This document shows positions 1 to 13,868 of a stretch of 64,000 nucleotides of DNA, piece by piece. Below the pieces are notes generated by a model. It was given only the letters and a program-made list of their open reading frames with translations. It had not been told where the DNA came from and ran no database searches. Numbering within the stretch: the stretch's first letter is position 1; every line of letters starts with the position of its first letter. The translations under genes and the position numbers were made by a program. Source of the DNA: the human T2T-CHM13v2.0 reference genome, Homo sapiens; NCBI RefSeq assembly GCF_009914755.1, contig NC_060932.1; one strand, 5' to 3'.

Positions 1-1044
1 AAGAAAGACATAAATGAAGGCATGATGCAGCATAAGCGTGGGGTGTAGACAGTGAGGAAGACAAACTGCTTAGAGAATTATCTGTCCAACTAGCCAATGG
101 GGCAAGGAGCCAGTTAAACCAACTAGTCCCTGGTGGCTTGTTGGAGTAAGATTGTATTAACTGGCAACAGGTCAAGAGCAGTGAAAACAAGGTCAAAGGA
201 CAGGGTAGGTTAGTCTAGGCATACAAAGTAGGGGAGTAAAGTGGAGCCGGCTGGACTGCAGGAGACACAGTTCCCCACCCATGGTAGAGGATATGCAAAT
301 ATAACTTTTGGCATCTGGAAAACACATAAAAGGAAGACAAGTCAGCCATGAAGAATGTGGAGGAGGAGGAGTACCAGGAAAGGTGCTGAAAGAACAGATG
401 CTGGGGCTAACCACCGTCTCCATTTGGCTTGTCCTGCACCGCAGCAGCCTACTTGCTCTCTGGAGACCCTTGGTGCATCTGTTTATTCTGTAAAATGAAC
501 TCAGGGAAATCATAATTATCGAGGGATGTCACAGGCTCCGGCATGAGGCCCCAAAAGCCATATAATCCCTTTAGTAGGGTTTTCTGATTAGATGTAGTAA
601 ACAAACTTTATAAAACTATATAAATTATATATGTAATTTTATTATAATTTCATACACATGGTAATATAGATTTATACAAATAATTTTAATATGGGCTAAA
701 GAGCTAAATCTAAAAATGGAAGAACATAAAGGATGGTTATGTCTTGAGGCTACTGTTTCCAGGCTTATCCTTCCCAACTGAATATTCCAGAAAGGTGGTA
801 GAAATGTACTAGTCAGTTTTGCTCTCTCAATATATATTCAATCTATGTGTCCCAGGCAGGAAGAAAGTGCTATTCCACATGAGCCTTCGGAACCCTAACA
901 TTTTTCACCAAAAGCCCAGAATAATTATGTGGGCTAATGTCTGCCTCTAACTTGTGGGATTGAACAGCTCCTCAGGGCTGCATGCTGTAGAACAAATGAC
1001 CCATGAGATGTTAAACGGCATTGAGAGGGAAATAATTTTCTGGA

Positions 1045-1918
1045 TGTGACAGGGGGTCTCTAAGAGCAACCCCAGGTTCTGCGATTCACTAGGAGAACTC
1101 ACAGGACTCAGCATATAGTTGTATTCATGGCTAAGATTTACTATAGCAAAAGGATACAAAGCAAAATCAACAAAGGGAAAAGGCACCTGGGACAGAGTCC
1201 AGAGAAAATCAGGCATGAGCCAACAAGAGTCCTTCCTTTAGTAGAGTCATACAGGATGTGTTGAATTCCTCTAACAAGGAGTTGTGACAACACATGTGAA
1301 ATGTCTATGAGGCAAGCTCATCAGAGACTCAGTGGCCAAGGTGGCTGTTGTTGTCAAAGACAGGGTCTTGCTCTGCTGCTCAGGCTAGAGTACAGTGGTG
1401 CAGTTACAGCTCACTGCAGCCCCGAATTCCCGGACTCATGGGATTCCTCCTGCCTTAGTACCCCTTTACCCCCATGGCCCACCTTGAATAGCTGGGACTA
1501 CAAGCACGTGCCACCATGCCTGGTTAATTTTCTAAAACTACTTTGTAGAGACAGGGTCTCGCTGTGTAGCTCAGACTGGTCTTGAACTCCTGGGCTCAAG
1601 TGATCTTCCTGCCTTGGCCTACCAAAGTGCTGGAATTACAGGCATGAGCCACTGGGCCCAGTCTCAGTGTCCAAGGTTTTTAGTGGGGATCCTTCCTAGC
1701 ATGTGCCAAAATTCTAGGCTCCCAGAAGGAAAGCAGGTGTTCAGCATAAATGACACTGTTTATACAAACAGTTCAGGCACAGTGAACCATTCTGGTTAGG
1801 GAGTGTGGGAACCCTCCCAAAACCCAAGTTTTCTAGACACCAGCAGGGGCCAACCTTGCAATCACAACCTTCTAAGGAAAACAATCTAAGGCCTGCTATG
1901 TTAACTGCTTTCTCCACA
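1045..1918 (-). mobile_element. MER21-like LTR interrupted by an AluJ
   Basis: tgtgacagggggtctc...ggactcagcatatagttgta...gcaaaatcaacaaagggaaaagg resembles MER21. TG...CA ends. Confidence 0.7.
1345..1663 (-). mobile_element. AluJ
   Basis: Antisense Alu. TSD tcagtggccaagg (1329-1341) / tcagtgtccaagg (1664-1676). Confidence 0.9.
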
Positions 1919-2473
1919 ATGGTCTCAAATATGTGTAAAATGTGGGGAAAGGTGGGAAAAGTCTGGATACTACAGCTTTTTGAAGATTAATAATGCATAT
2001 TAGCATATTAAAGGGTTTGAGAAGTACTACACTATAAAAGGCTGTTTTTTAAATGTATATTTTCCAAACCTATTTGACTATAATATTTTTTAAAAAGAAC
2101 ACTTATAACATCCTGTTGATACAAATGTTCTACAGAATACAATTTGTGAAATCCTGGACTAAATGGATAAACTTCCATCACTTGTCTGGCTTCAGTTTTC
2201 ACCATCATCAAACACACTAGTAATAATAACTAGCTCTTACATAGCTCTTACTGTGTGTTAAGAGCTTTTTTATAGAATAACTTATCTAATAAGAGGTTGA
2301 ACTAGGCTACCTCTAAGCATGGCAAAGTGGCACAGTCAGGGGTTAACATTGCACGCACTGAATCTGACTGCCGGGGCTAGTTTCCCAGCTGTGCCAGTGA
2401 TCAGCTGTATAGCAAGCTCCTTAACCTTAGTGTGTCTCAGTTTCCTTACCTGTAAAACAAGAACAGTGCTTAG

Positions 2474-2802
<329 letters not shown>

Positions 2803-2812
2803 CACTTATTAC

Positions 2813-3106
2813 TTTTTTTTTTTGAGATGGAGTATCGCTCTGTTGCCTAGGCTGGAGTGCAGTGGTGTGACGTCCGCTCACCGCAAGCTCCGCCCCCCGG
2901 GGTTCGTGCCATTCTCCTGCCTCAGCCTCCCGAGTAGCTGGAACTACAGGCGCCTGCCACCACGCCCAGCTAATTTTTTTGTGTTTTTAGTAGAGACGGG
3001 GTTTCACCGTGTTCGCTAGGATGGTCTTGATCTCCTGACATCGTGATCTGCCCACCTCGGCCTCCTGAAGTGCTGGGATTACAGGCGTGAGCCACCGCAC
3101 CCGGCC
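2813..3106 (-). mobile_element. AluY
   Basis: CpG-rich, with AluY-type gcaagctccgcc and gccattctcc. TSD c(a/g)cttattacttttt. Confidence 0.92.
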
Positions 3107-4280
3107 CGCTTATTACTTTTTTAAAAAAGTAAATGAAGTTATTTCCAGCTCAAGCTGTTTTGATCCTTTGCTCCGTGCTATGAATCACAGGAAGGCACAG
3201 ACAACAATCCTGTGGCTTCAGAGACTATAGGATGAGCTGGTCAGACAAAGGTAGCCTGAGGGAACCAGAACAGTCCCAAGTGGAGTTGGCCCACCTGGGC
3301 CGAGGAAGCCCTGACACTCAAGGCCAATCAAAGCCAGAAGCCAATTCCAGGAAGTAAACACAGACTGTCACAGGCCAAGAGGCACCATTAATTTCCTGGG
3401 AGTCTAGGACCGAGGCCAAGAACAGAAGTGATCTGCTTTTGACTGTAAATAGAGCAAGACTCTAAACAGCCTTCAATTAAACCTGGCAATTTTATCCATA
3501 TGCTTGGAGAAAGGTACCTCACAAGAAAATCCCCTCTGAATCAAGAGTCATACAGATCTTCATGGTAGAAAAAAGAACAGGGAAAGATGCCAAATTGAAA
3601 AATGACAAACTGCCACTAGAATAAGCCAATTTTTAATATGCCTTAACACCTTTTGTTTACCCCTTCTCAAGCTATCTCCAGTTGAAGAATGTTCTGTATA
3701 ACTGAATAATCCTTCATCGAGATATATGAAAAGTCAGCTGTGTCATCCTGGAAAATGAAGGACAGTGATTTATTTTGTAGTGTGTAGACACAGGTGGATG
3801 TAAAAAGTATGGAGGGGTAACCCCTCAGTGCACAAGGTGTGATAAAACAGTTGCTGAATACAGAACTTTGAAAGGGCTTGGTGAGGAAATTGGTTTGCTG
3901 TCTCCTTGAGACAATCTTAGGTTTGTCATGTCCATAACTATTCTCACAGATATTTCCTGCTGGCAACTTTCCTCAGGTTCTTCTATTGTTTAAAGTCAGA
4001 CTCTAGAACATTCTACAGGCTTCCATGGTGCTGTGCTTATCTACCCCTAACTAACACACTGAGCTCAGTGCTTGGCACATAGTACATGCTCAATAAATGT
4101 GCATTGAATAAATGAAGAGCCTTTGTTTATAGATCCTTCTACATTGAATGTCCAACCTTTGTCTCTTTACCTAGCAACATCAGATGCATCAAAGCTCGTT
4201 TCCTCCCTGAGTCCTCAGAGACTCAGGCAGTACCTGTTTTCACAGTACAGAGCACTTTGTGGATAATAACAAGAGCCACC

Positions 4281-4552
4281 TGCTGGGCACTGTGCCTCAC
4301 ACCTGTAATCCCAGTACCTTGGGAAGCTAAGCTGGGAGGATTGCTTGAGCCCAGGAGTTTGAGGCCAGCTTGGGCAACATAGTGAGATCTCATCTCTACA
4401 AAAAATTGAAAAGCTAGCCAGCCGTGGTGGTACATGCCTGTAGTCCCAGCTTCTCAAGGGGCTGGGGTAGGAGGATCGCTTGAGCCCAGGAGGTCAAGGC
4501 TGCAAGTGAGCTGTTACTCAGCCTGAGCAACAGAGTGAGACTCTGGCTCAAA
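4281..4552 (+). mobile_element. AluJ
   Basis: Sense Alu. TSD aacaagagccacc / aacaaaagctacc. Confidence 0.9.
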
Positions 4553-4658
4553 AACAAAAGCTACCATTGTGAGAGCCCTTCACCTATTACCAGCTCTCTT
4601 ACTCCACACAATCACCTGTAAGATCAGTCCTTTACTCGTTTTAGTTTACAGGTCAGTA

Positions 4659-4815
4659 AGGCTAAGAAAAGAAAGGAACTTGACCAAGGTCCCATAGTAG
4701 GGAGTGGCAGAACTTCCTCTTCTAGCTGCTTCAATCACAGCATTTACCTCATCATGCTGTGGTTTGTCATGGTTTAACCATGCACCAGTGTATGTCAATC
4801 CTAACTTGATAGCAA
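4659..4815 (+). repeat. Local direct duplication, copy 1 (about 157 bp)
   Basis: Aligns almost without gaps to 5860-6015. Confidence 0.9.
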
Positions 4816-5859
4816 TGTTAACTAAATCAATACAACCAAGGGTTTTATAGTCAGGTAGACCTGAGGTCACGCTCCAGCCCTCATCATTCCTGTGTTTTGG
4901 TGCCTTGTTTCTTCTCTATAAAATGGAAATTACAGAAGAACCTACTTCCTGGTGTGTATTTTGAGAATAATGAGTTAAAAGAATGTGAAGTGCTGACCGA
5001 AGTGCCTGCCACAGAGCTTAATTATTACTAATACTCATTTAAAGGTCTGTTTGACAACCACAGTGCCTAGGATTTGCCTGAGGCTTAGCAGTGTTGGACA
5101 AATGTCTATTAAGTGAATGACTACCTATATATCTTTATTTGGGGATATAATGCAATAAGGCCCACACAGAAAGGCTAACCGTATTTTGGTTGCTTCAAAA
5201 CAGATATTCTCATGTCCAGGATTCAAGCTTCACAAAATATGCGTGCTTTGGTGTATAGACCATAGCATAGTAGATTCTTAATAAATGTGGTACCCAAACA
5301 GCCATATTCACAATGGGAAACCTGCCTGCCTCTTATAAGCTAATCCTTTTCTATTTTACTTTTCTCAGTGTCATTCCTAGTTCTGATATTTTACTTCAGT
5401 TCTTTTGATCACATCCCATCATCTCCCTGAAATATCTCTATGACAATTTCTTAAGTGAAGAATGCAAAATCTACTCTTTCTCACCACGTGGGACATGAGT
5501 CTCCAAAATCTACTTCTTCCCTGGCCAGATCCTTATGAGCTATATGGTTCTTCTTCCTCTAAATATTAATGTAAAAAGATGCTTACTTTGGCAAATTTGT
5601 ATCTCTGTAATATACTAAGTACAAGGAAGGCATCAACTACACATTAATTATGATTGACACCTCGTAAAATGGTCTGATCCTCTCAAAATGATCACAGGGG
5701 AAATGGGATGTCTGCAGGCAGTGAGGGACGTACCTCTCAACTCTGCCTACAGTTGTTGCTGATTAGATCAAAGCTGGGTCAATTAGAGTTCCTGTCCAGG
5801 GAATTTGGAATTGGGATGGGAAGCGGCAGAACCTTCTCCTTTTATTTTACTGGAAAGTG

Positions 5860-6015
5860 AGGCTAGGAAAAGAAAGGAACTTGCCCAAGGTCCTACAGTA
5901 GGGAGTGGCAGAACTTCCTCTCTAGCTGCCTCAATCACAGCATTTACCTCATTGTGCTGTGGTCTGTCATGGTTTAACCATTCACTAGTGTATGTTAACC
6001 CTAACCTGATAGCAA
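5860..6015 (+). repeat. Local direct duplication, copy 2
   Basis: aggctaggaaaagaaaggaacttg...ctaacctgatagcaa. A partial third copy lies at 6062-6096. Confidence 0.9.
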
Positions 6016-7733
6016 GGCTATCAGGTTATGTATGTGTATGTAGGATTGACATACACTAGTTAGACTAAGAAAAGAAAGGAGCTTGCCCAAGTTCCTTTCT
6101 GGGAGCAGAAAGTTGAGAAATTGAGAGAGAACTTGAGAGAGTTCTGAGGGCTCTGGGCATAGCCAGTCAACTTGAAAAGAGTAGGAAGTCACCTTCTGCC
6201 ATTCTGTGAATCAACCTGCAGAGTGTGTCTAAAAAATGAAGAAGTAGACTGAGAGAAAAGCAGAAACAAGAGAAAATGAGAGCAGATTGTCTGAATTCTT
6301 GTTGGTTTTCCAGTTCACAGTTCTCATTCTTCTGGAATCCTTGCTGGCTCTTTGTCTTGAAGCCCTGGTGAAGACTCCTTCTTTATGTGTATTAGGATTA
6401 TCCAACCAATGTATTTGGCCCATTGTTTTGCTGAAGCCACCTTGAGTTGATTTCTGTTCCTTGCAACCACAAGAATCCTAACTTACGAGTAGCAAAACTA
6501 TGATTAGAGTTATAAACAATCCTTACATGCGTTTAACACTGTGCACATTTACAAACTGCTTAGTATTATTAATGTCTGCTACAAGCAAGCACTACAGTAA
6601 TGCTGTTGAAGCAGTCATCCAACAACTAATAATTGGGTAGCAGCTGGAGGTTAAAAAGCAAGCCAGGAAGAGGGAGTGGATTTACTGAAATGAAAACTAA
6701 TGTGAAAAGTCATCAAATCACTTCAGATAATTCCATTTACAAGAGTCCATCATGGTCAAATGGTTGTAGATCAGTAAGACAGTAAGAGGAAATTCTTTCT
6801 ATTAGGAAAGAATAAAACCGTGAAACAGATGGATTGCTGTTTTAAAGATTAAAATTACAAGAGCACACACAACTGGCTATGCTTAGGTGGTTCAGAAAAA
6901 AAAAAGAAGCCTACCGTCTCCATAGTTCCTAAGAAATATGTACCATTCTTACAGATGCCAATAAAGCATTATGCAACTGTCAGTTTAGTAATGGAAGTGT
7001 CACCAAAGATTCATATTTAACAGAGACCAAATGTAACAGACAATGGGGAAAAGTGGTTGGTGGGGATCTGAATTAACTAACCGTGTTTGAGAAAATAATT
7101 GAGGCAATAAAACGATCAATAGGAAATCAGGCCACTCTCCAGTACCTCACGGTTTCTCAAAGGAATATTTTTAAAGAAGAGCATTTTATTGACTTGTCTC
7201 GTTTTTAATGCACTAAGAAATGCAGCTAAGGTGCCTGGTCACTGTAGAAAGGGGTACATGCAAAGACCTATGCTAACCGTAGAGCCAGCAAATGACTGAT
7301 AAAAAGGAACTTGGCCATATACCTCTCTCTACTCAATATAGCCCTGCAGGTATATCAAAAAACAACAGAAACATTGTTCCAGATCATAAAAATAATTATG
7401 TTGCTTTAGAAAATTTGGAAAACCTGAGAGAATACAAGGAAAATAAAAATCACGTTAAACCACCATCCAGATAGACCACTGTTAAAATATTGCTGTATGT
7501 TTTCAGTTTTTTGTGTGAAAATAATATACATTTATATTTTATTGTATATACACTACTAAATACAATATTTTGATCTTTTTGTATGTGATGTTTTCATATG
7601 TTCACTTAATATCTAGTGAGCATGTTCTCTTGTTACTACATGTAATTTCAATGCTGCATCTCATACCATTATATGGTTTTGTCATAATCTAACCAACATA
7701 CTAGATAGTAAACTGGTTTTCCTTTTAGCATTT

Positions 7734-8088
7734 GCTATGAACTTAATGTTTGTGCCCCACCAAAAGAAAAATTTATATGTTGAAGCCTTAATTCCCAAAG
7801 TGATGGTATTTGGAAACAGGGCTTTAGGGAGGTAACAAGGTCACAAGGGTGGAGTCTTTAGAATGAGATTAGCGCCCTTGTAAGAAGAGACAGAAGAGAA
7901 ATTCCTTTCCTGCTCTCCTCCGTGTGAGGCAACTGTCTACAAATGAGGAAGAAGGGCCTCACCAAGCACCAGATCTGCAGGCAACTTGATTTTGGACTTT
8001 CCGGCCTCTGGAACCATGAGAAATAGATTTCTGTGGTTTAAGTTACCCAGAAAATGGCAGATTTGTTATAGCAGCTGAAACTAAGACA
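7734..8088 (+). mobile_element. MaLR LTR (MLT1A/MST-like)
   Basis: tgctatgaacttaatgtttgtgcc...gatggtatttgg...ttggacttt...tgttatagcagc...ctaagaca. Confidence 0.8.
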
Positions 8089-8979
8089 TTATTATTTTTT
8101 TAAACATTAAGGGGGGAAAATAACAGTGCTGTTTATTTCCATTTCCTTTCCCCACCCCTCCCTCGCTATCCATTCTTGTCTCTTCAGTCCAGCTCTGTGC
8201 CAATGAAGTGCTGGGCTCTGTGGACTATGCAGCCTGCCATCCCTTGCCCTCTAGCTTCTGGATGCATTTAGCCAGTGAGTGGTATCAGTGGGAGGCAGGA
8301 GGTGAGAGGTGAGGCTATCCTTTCCTCTCCCCACCCCGCTTGCGCCTGACAGTTTTGGCATTGGCTGCCCTGCTCTGAAATGTTTCCTCCCTCCCTGCAG
8401 GCATCTGACCCCTCCTCCAAGGCTCCAGCTCTTCTCAGAGCTCTTTAACACACTCCCACACTTTTGCCACTTAGGCCTCTGCCTTGCTTGTTCCTGGGTG
8501 ACTTAACAACCCTTTTGAGTTCCTTTAACCTCTGCTAAGTAATGGCTTCTTTGAATTCTCTTTAGATTCCCATCTGACTGATATTAAAAATTTCAACAAA
8601 CAACTTGTACATTGCAAATGATGACTCTGTGGAAAACAATTATTTATAAAAGGCATAAAAAAGTTAAACACTATGCAACCACTATTCCAAATAATGAGAG
8701 GTTTGGTGCTAGTAAAATACAACAAACATGTAAAGTAGAGGAATGGTCTAGATTCTAGAACCTTCTTCCTATTTTCAGAAAGCCTCTCTCATCTTGTTTC
8801 CCTCAATTTCCTTTCCTCCGTAATTTTCATAAACCATATACCTTTTCCTTCCTCCCAGCCTTTGCTCATGCTACCACCCTAAATGGAGTTTTCTTCCAGT
8901 TTCCTCCTTATTTCTAAGCTCAGGTTTCTTCCTTCCTGAATTCTTGGAGTCCACACCATCCCTCCTCAGAATTACTGAT

Positions 8980-9175
8980 GCTATGCTCTTCAGTATGGTA
9001 GCTGGAAGCCACCTCTGGTTATTCACATTAAAATAAAGTATAAAGTCAGTTCCTAGTCACACTGACCACAACTCAAGTGCTCAATAGCCACATGTCATTA
9101 GTGGCTGCTATGCTGAACAGTGCAGAACTAGAACCTTTCCATCATTTCAGAAGTTCTACTGGTCAGAGGTATTCC
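8980..9175. mobile_element. MER3/MER33-like hAT MITE
   Basis: tcaagtgctcaatagccacatg...agtggctgctatgctgaacagtgcag motif. Confidence 0.65.
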
Positions 9176-9392
9176 AGAGCACTTAATTATATATGGCTCA
9201 AATGAGAATTAAATCACAGATATCCTTGTATTGTCCTCCAGTTAAATCACATTTGCAGAGTCCAGAAATAACAGGAGTCTGCCTTGCTTTGTTCATTTGA
9301 GTCCAGAGAGTGCTTGGCACCCAGCAGGTACTTAGTAAAAATACTGACTTGGATAATAACCATAAATATTTCTCAGCAGAACATTTAAAAAT

Positions 9393-9970
9393 ACCACTAT
9401 GGAAAACAGTGTGGAGATTCCTTGAAGAACTAAAAGTAGATCTACCATTTGATCCAGCAATCCCACTACTGAGTATCTACCCAGAGGAAAAGAAGTCATT
9501 ATATGAAAAAGATACTTGCACATGCATGCTTAGAGCAGTGTAATTTGCAATTGCAAAAATATGGAACCAACCCAAATCCCCATCAATCAACAAGGGGATA
9601 AAGAAACTGTGGTGTATACACATACGATGGAATACTATTCAGCCATAAAAAGGAATGAATTAATGGCATTCGCAGCAAGATGGAACTGGAGACTATTATT
9701 CTAAGTGAAGTAACTCAGGAGTGGAAAGCCAAACATTGTATGTTCTCACTCATAAGTGGGAGCTAAGCTATGAGGATGCAAATGCATAAGAATGACACAA
9801 TAGACTTTGGGGACTTGGGGGAAGGGTAGGAGATAAAAGACTGGGTTCAGTGTACACTGCTCGGGTGATGGGTGGACTAAAATCTCACAAATAACTACTA
9901 AAAAACTTACTCATGTAACCAAATACCAGCTGTTCTCCAAAAGCTTATGGAAAAAAAATTATTAAAAAAT
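9393..9970 (+). mobile_element. L1 3' end (L1PB-like), 5' truncated
   Basis: ORF2 C-terminal remnant (LWKTVWRFLEELKVDLPFDPAIPLL), then the L1 3' UTR and A tail. Confidence 0.9.
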
Positions 9971-11084
9971 AAGGAACTACTAATAATTAACGCAAAGGTA
10001 TAGAGCAAAGGGATAGACTAGACAGTTTGGAGGTAGTAGTGGTGAGGATTCTTCCAGTCCCAGAAAAAACTAAAAATCCTCTCTATCCTGTAAAACATCC
10101 TCTTTATGTACACAGAAAGAAATTTTCTAAAACATTAGAAATGATTCTCCAACCAGCTATTCAGTCTGATCAAAGGAAATTATTAAAAAGATCCAAATGC
10201 ATATCTGTATATAGAAGCTTATATATACCACCCACTAAACTTGTTCACAAAAGCTGAAAACTGTCTTTAGATATTGGTACAACCTTTGACTGTGATTCTG
10301 GTTGACAAAAAATCTAGCATGTGTCTGAAGCAATTTAATGGAAGTGATACAGCTGTATACCCTAAATGATCCCCTCTCTTATCTTGCTGGCTTGAGAATT
10401 TTCACAAAATTTCAGTGTTTGATTTATTAGAATAGCCTTATAAAATACATTCTTCATCCTTACATTAATCTCCGCAAAGAACGTGTTCTTAGAAGTAGAA
10501 CCATTTACTATATACTGTTTATTGAGATCTGTGCTAATAATTACTTTGCAAAAATATCCCTTTTAATCCTGATAGCAACTCTCTGAGCTAGGTATATGTG
10601 CTCCCATTTTACTTAAAAGAAAACTTACTTTCAGAGAGATCTGTCATTTGCCTAAGGTTATACAGGGAGTGAGGGACAGTGCTGGGAGGTCAACTTAGAC
10701 TCTTCGACTCCCAAGACCATGGTGAGCCACTCTGTGATAGTTTATTCCACTGTTGACAAAAGTAATGCTGGAAATGGAAGCCGGTGTAGGGCACCACCTG
10801 GCCCTGCAATGCTGTTTCGTAGTCTTTCTTAGCACAGCTTTTCCCTCTCAAGCCCTTTTCTGATATTCATGCGAACAAACCTTCATGAGAAGAGACCCAT
10901 GATATATATAAACGCCCACCTGCAGCTCAGGGAGGGAAGCACCCACAGGATACTTTGAGCCTGCACTTTCAGCTCTCTTACTTGATGATAAACAAAACCT
11001 AATGTGAGTGAAAGGCGGAAATGTCTAGTGATCGAGTGACCGCACCACTCCGATGGCATACTTGACACAGATATTCTAATGATT

Positions 11085-12295
<1,211 letters not shown>

Positions 12296-12298
12296 TCA

Positions 12299-12605
12299 GG
12301 CCAGGCACAGTGGCTCACACCTGTAATCTCAGCACTTTGGGAGACCAAGGTGGGAGGATCCCTTAAGCCCATGTTTGAGACCAGTGTGGGCAATGTAGTG
12401 AGACACCATCTCTACAAAAAATAAAAAAAATTAGCCAGGTGTGGTGGTGCACACCTCTAGTCCCAGCTACTCAAGGGGCTAAGGTGGGAGGATTGCTTGA
12501 GCCCAGGAGGTCATGGCTGCAGTGAGCTGTGACTGCATTTTTGCACTCCAGCCTGGGCAGTGGAGCGAGGCCCTGTCTTCTGAAAACAAAACAAAACAAA
12601 ACAAA
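12299..12605 (+). mobile_element. AluJ
   Basis: Sense Alu with (CAAAA)n tail. Confidence 0.9.
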
Positions 12606-13438
12606 CTTTCCTGTTTCAGAGCTTAGTATGTGTTTTTCCAACTATATGCTTGCTCTTCTCCTATACTTCATCCGGCCAGACCACATTTCTCCTTCTTACT
12701 ACCACTTAAAGGTAACTATTACTCCCCAGTCTAACTTAGAGCTGCTCTTTGTATTTTATACTTTTCCTTTATTGCCCTTAATACAACTTAGCAGTATGTA
12801 AGTTGTATTAACACAACTTGGTACTGGACAATGGTAACCACTCTTTCAAATCGCATTAAGTCTCACATGCCCTCTCACCATAGGTTTTTTCCAACAACCA
12901 GCGGCCAATTTCAGATGGTAGTGATACTCATGTTGCCTTTCATGAAGTCCAGATCATTCCTAACTTCCTACTTACCATTATCTTCTGCTTCTTTAGCCAT
13001 TACTTTAAAAGCAAATTTGAGTCTCTATAAGCCTTGAATTTTAACATCCCATAATTATACTTTTTTTTGTTTCTTTACTGTAGTTTTAGCACTATCCCCT
13101 GCACACCTTTTCTGTCATTATGCATCAAAAGCAATCACCAGATGACAAAATAAATGACAGGAAGAGAGGCCAAAGCAGAATAAATATAACCTAGGAGCAC
13201 ACTGAACTTAGAATATTAAAGACTGCTAATTGGCTGAGCATGTTCAGAGTAGTATATGGATACTCCAGGGATGAAAGTATATCCAATTCACTGGATGAGA
13301 GAGAATGGTGGTATTCAGAGAATGAAAATATGTTAACACATCCCATGTTAGACCATTTATAGATATAAAACAAGTCTTTAAAGAAAACACTTAAGTAGTA
13401 GTTATAATGGATCATTGATACAGGGTATGGCATTAAAC

Positions 13439-13473
<35 letters not shown>

Positions 13474-13480
13474 GTGTGTA
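13439..13480. repeat. (TG)n(TA)n microsatellite
   Basis: Read directly. Confidence 0.9.
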
Positions 13481-13504
13481 TTCTCCTTCTTTAACAACTA
13501 TCTC

Positions 13505-13868
13505 TGTTATGGGCTGAATTATTCCCTGCCCCCCCAATTAATATGTTAAAATATTAATCCCTAGTATCTTAAAATGTAACATATTTGGAGACAGGGTCTT
13601 TAAAGAGGCAATTAAGTTAAAATGAGGTCATTAGGATAAGTTCTAATCCAATATGACTTGGGTCTAACACAGAGAGTGACAACCATGTGAAGACACAGGG
13701 TTAAGTTGGACATAGACAAGCCAAGGAGTGAGGTCTCAGAAGAAACCAATGCTGCCAACGCCGTGACCTTGGACTTCTAGCCTCCAGGACAGCAAGCAAA
13801 TCAATTTCTGTTGTTTAAGCCACCCAGTCTGCGGTAGTTTGCTATGGCAGCCCCAGCCGACTAATATA
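13505..13868 (+). mobile_element. MaLR LTR (MLT1B/C-like)
   Basis: tgttatgggctgaatt...ttggacttctagcctccag...gttgtttaagccacccagtctgcgg. Confidence 0.8.
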
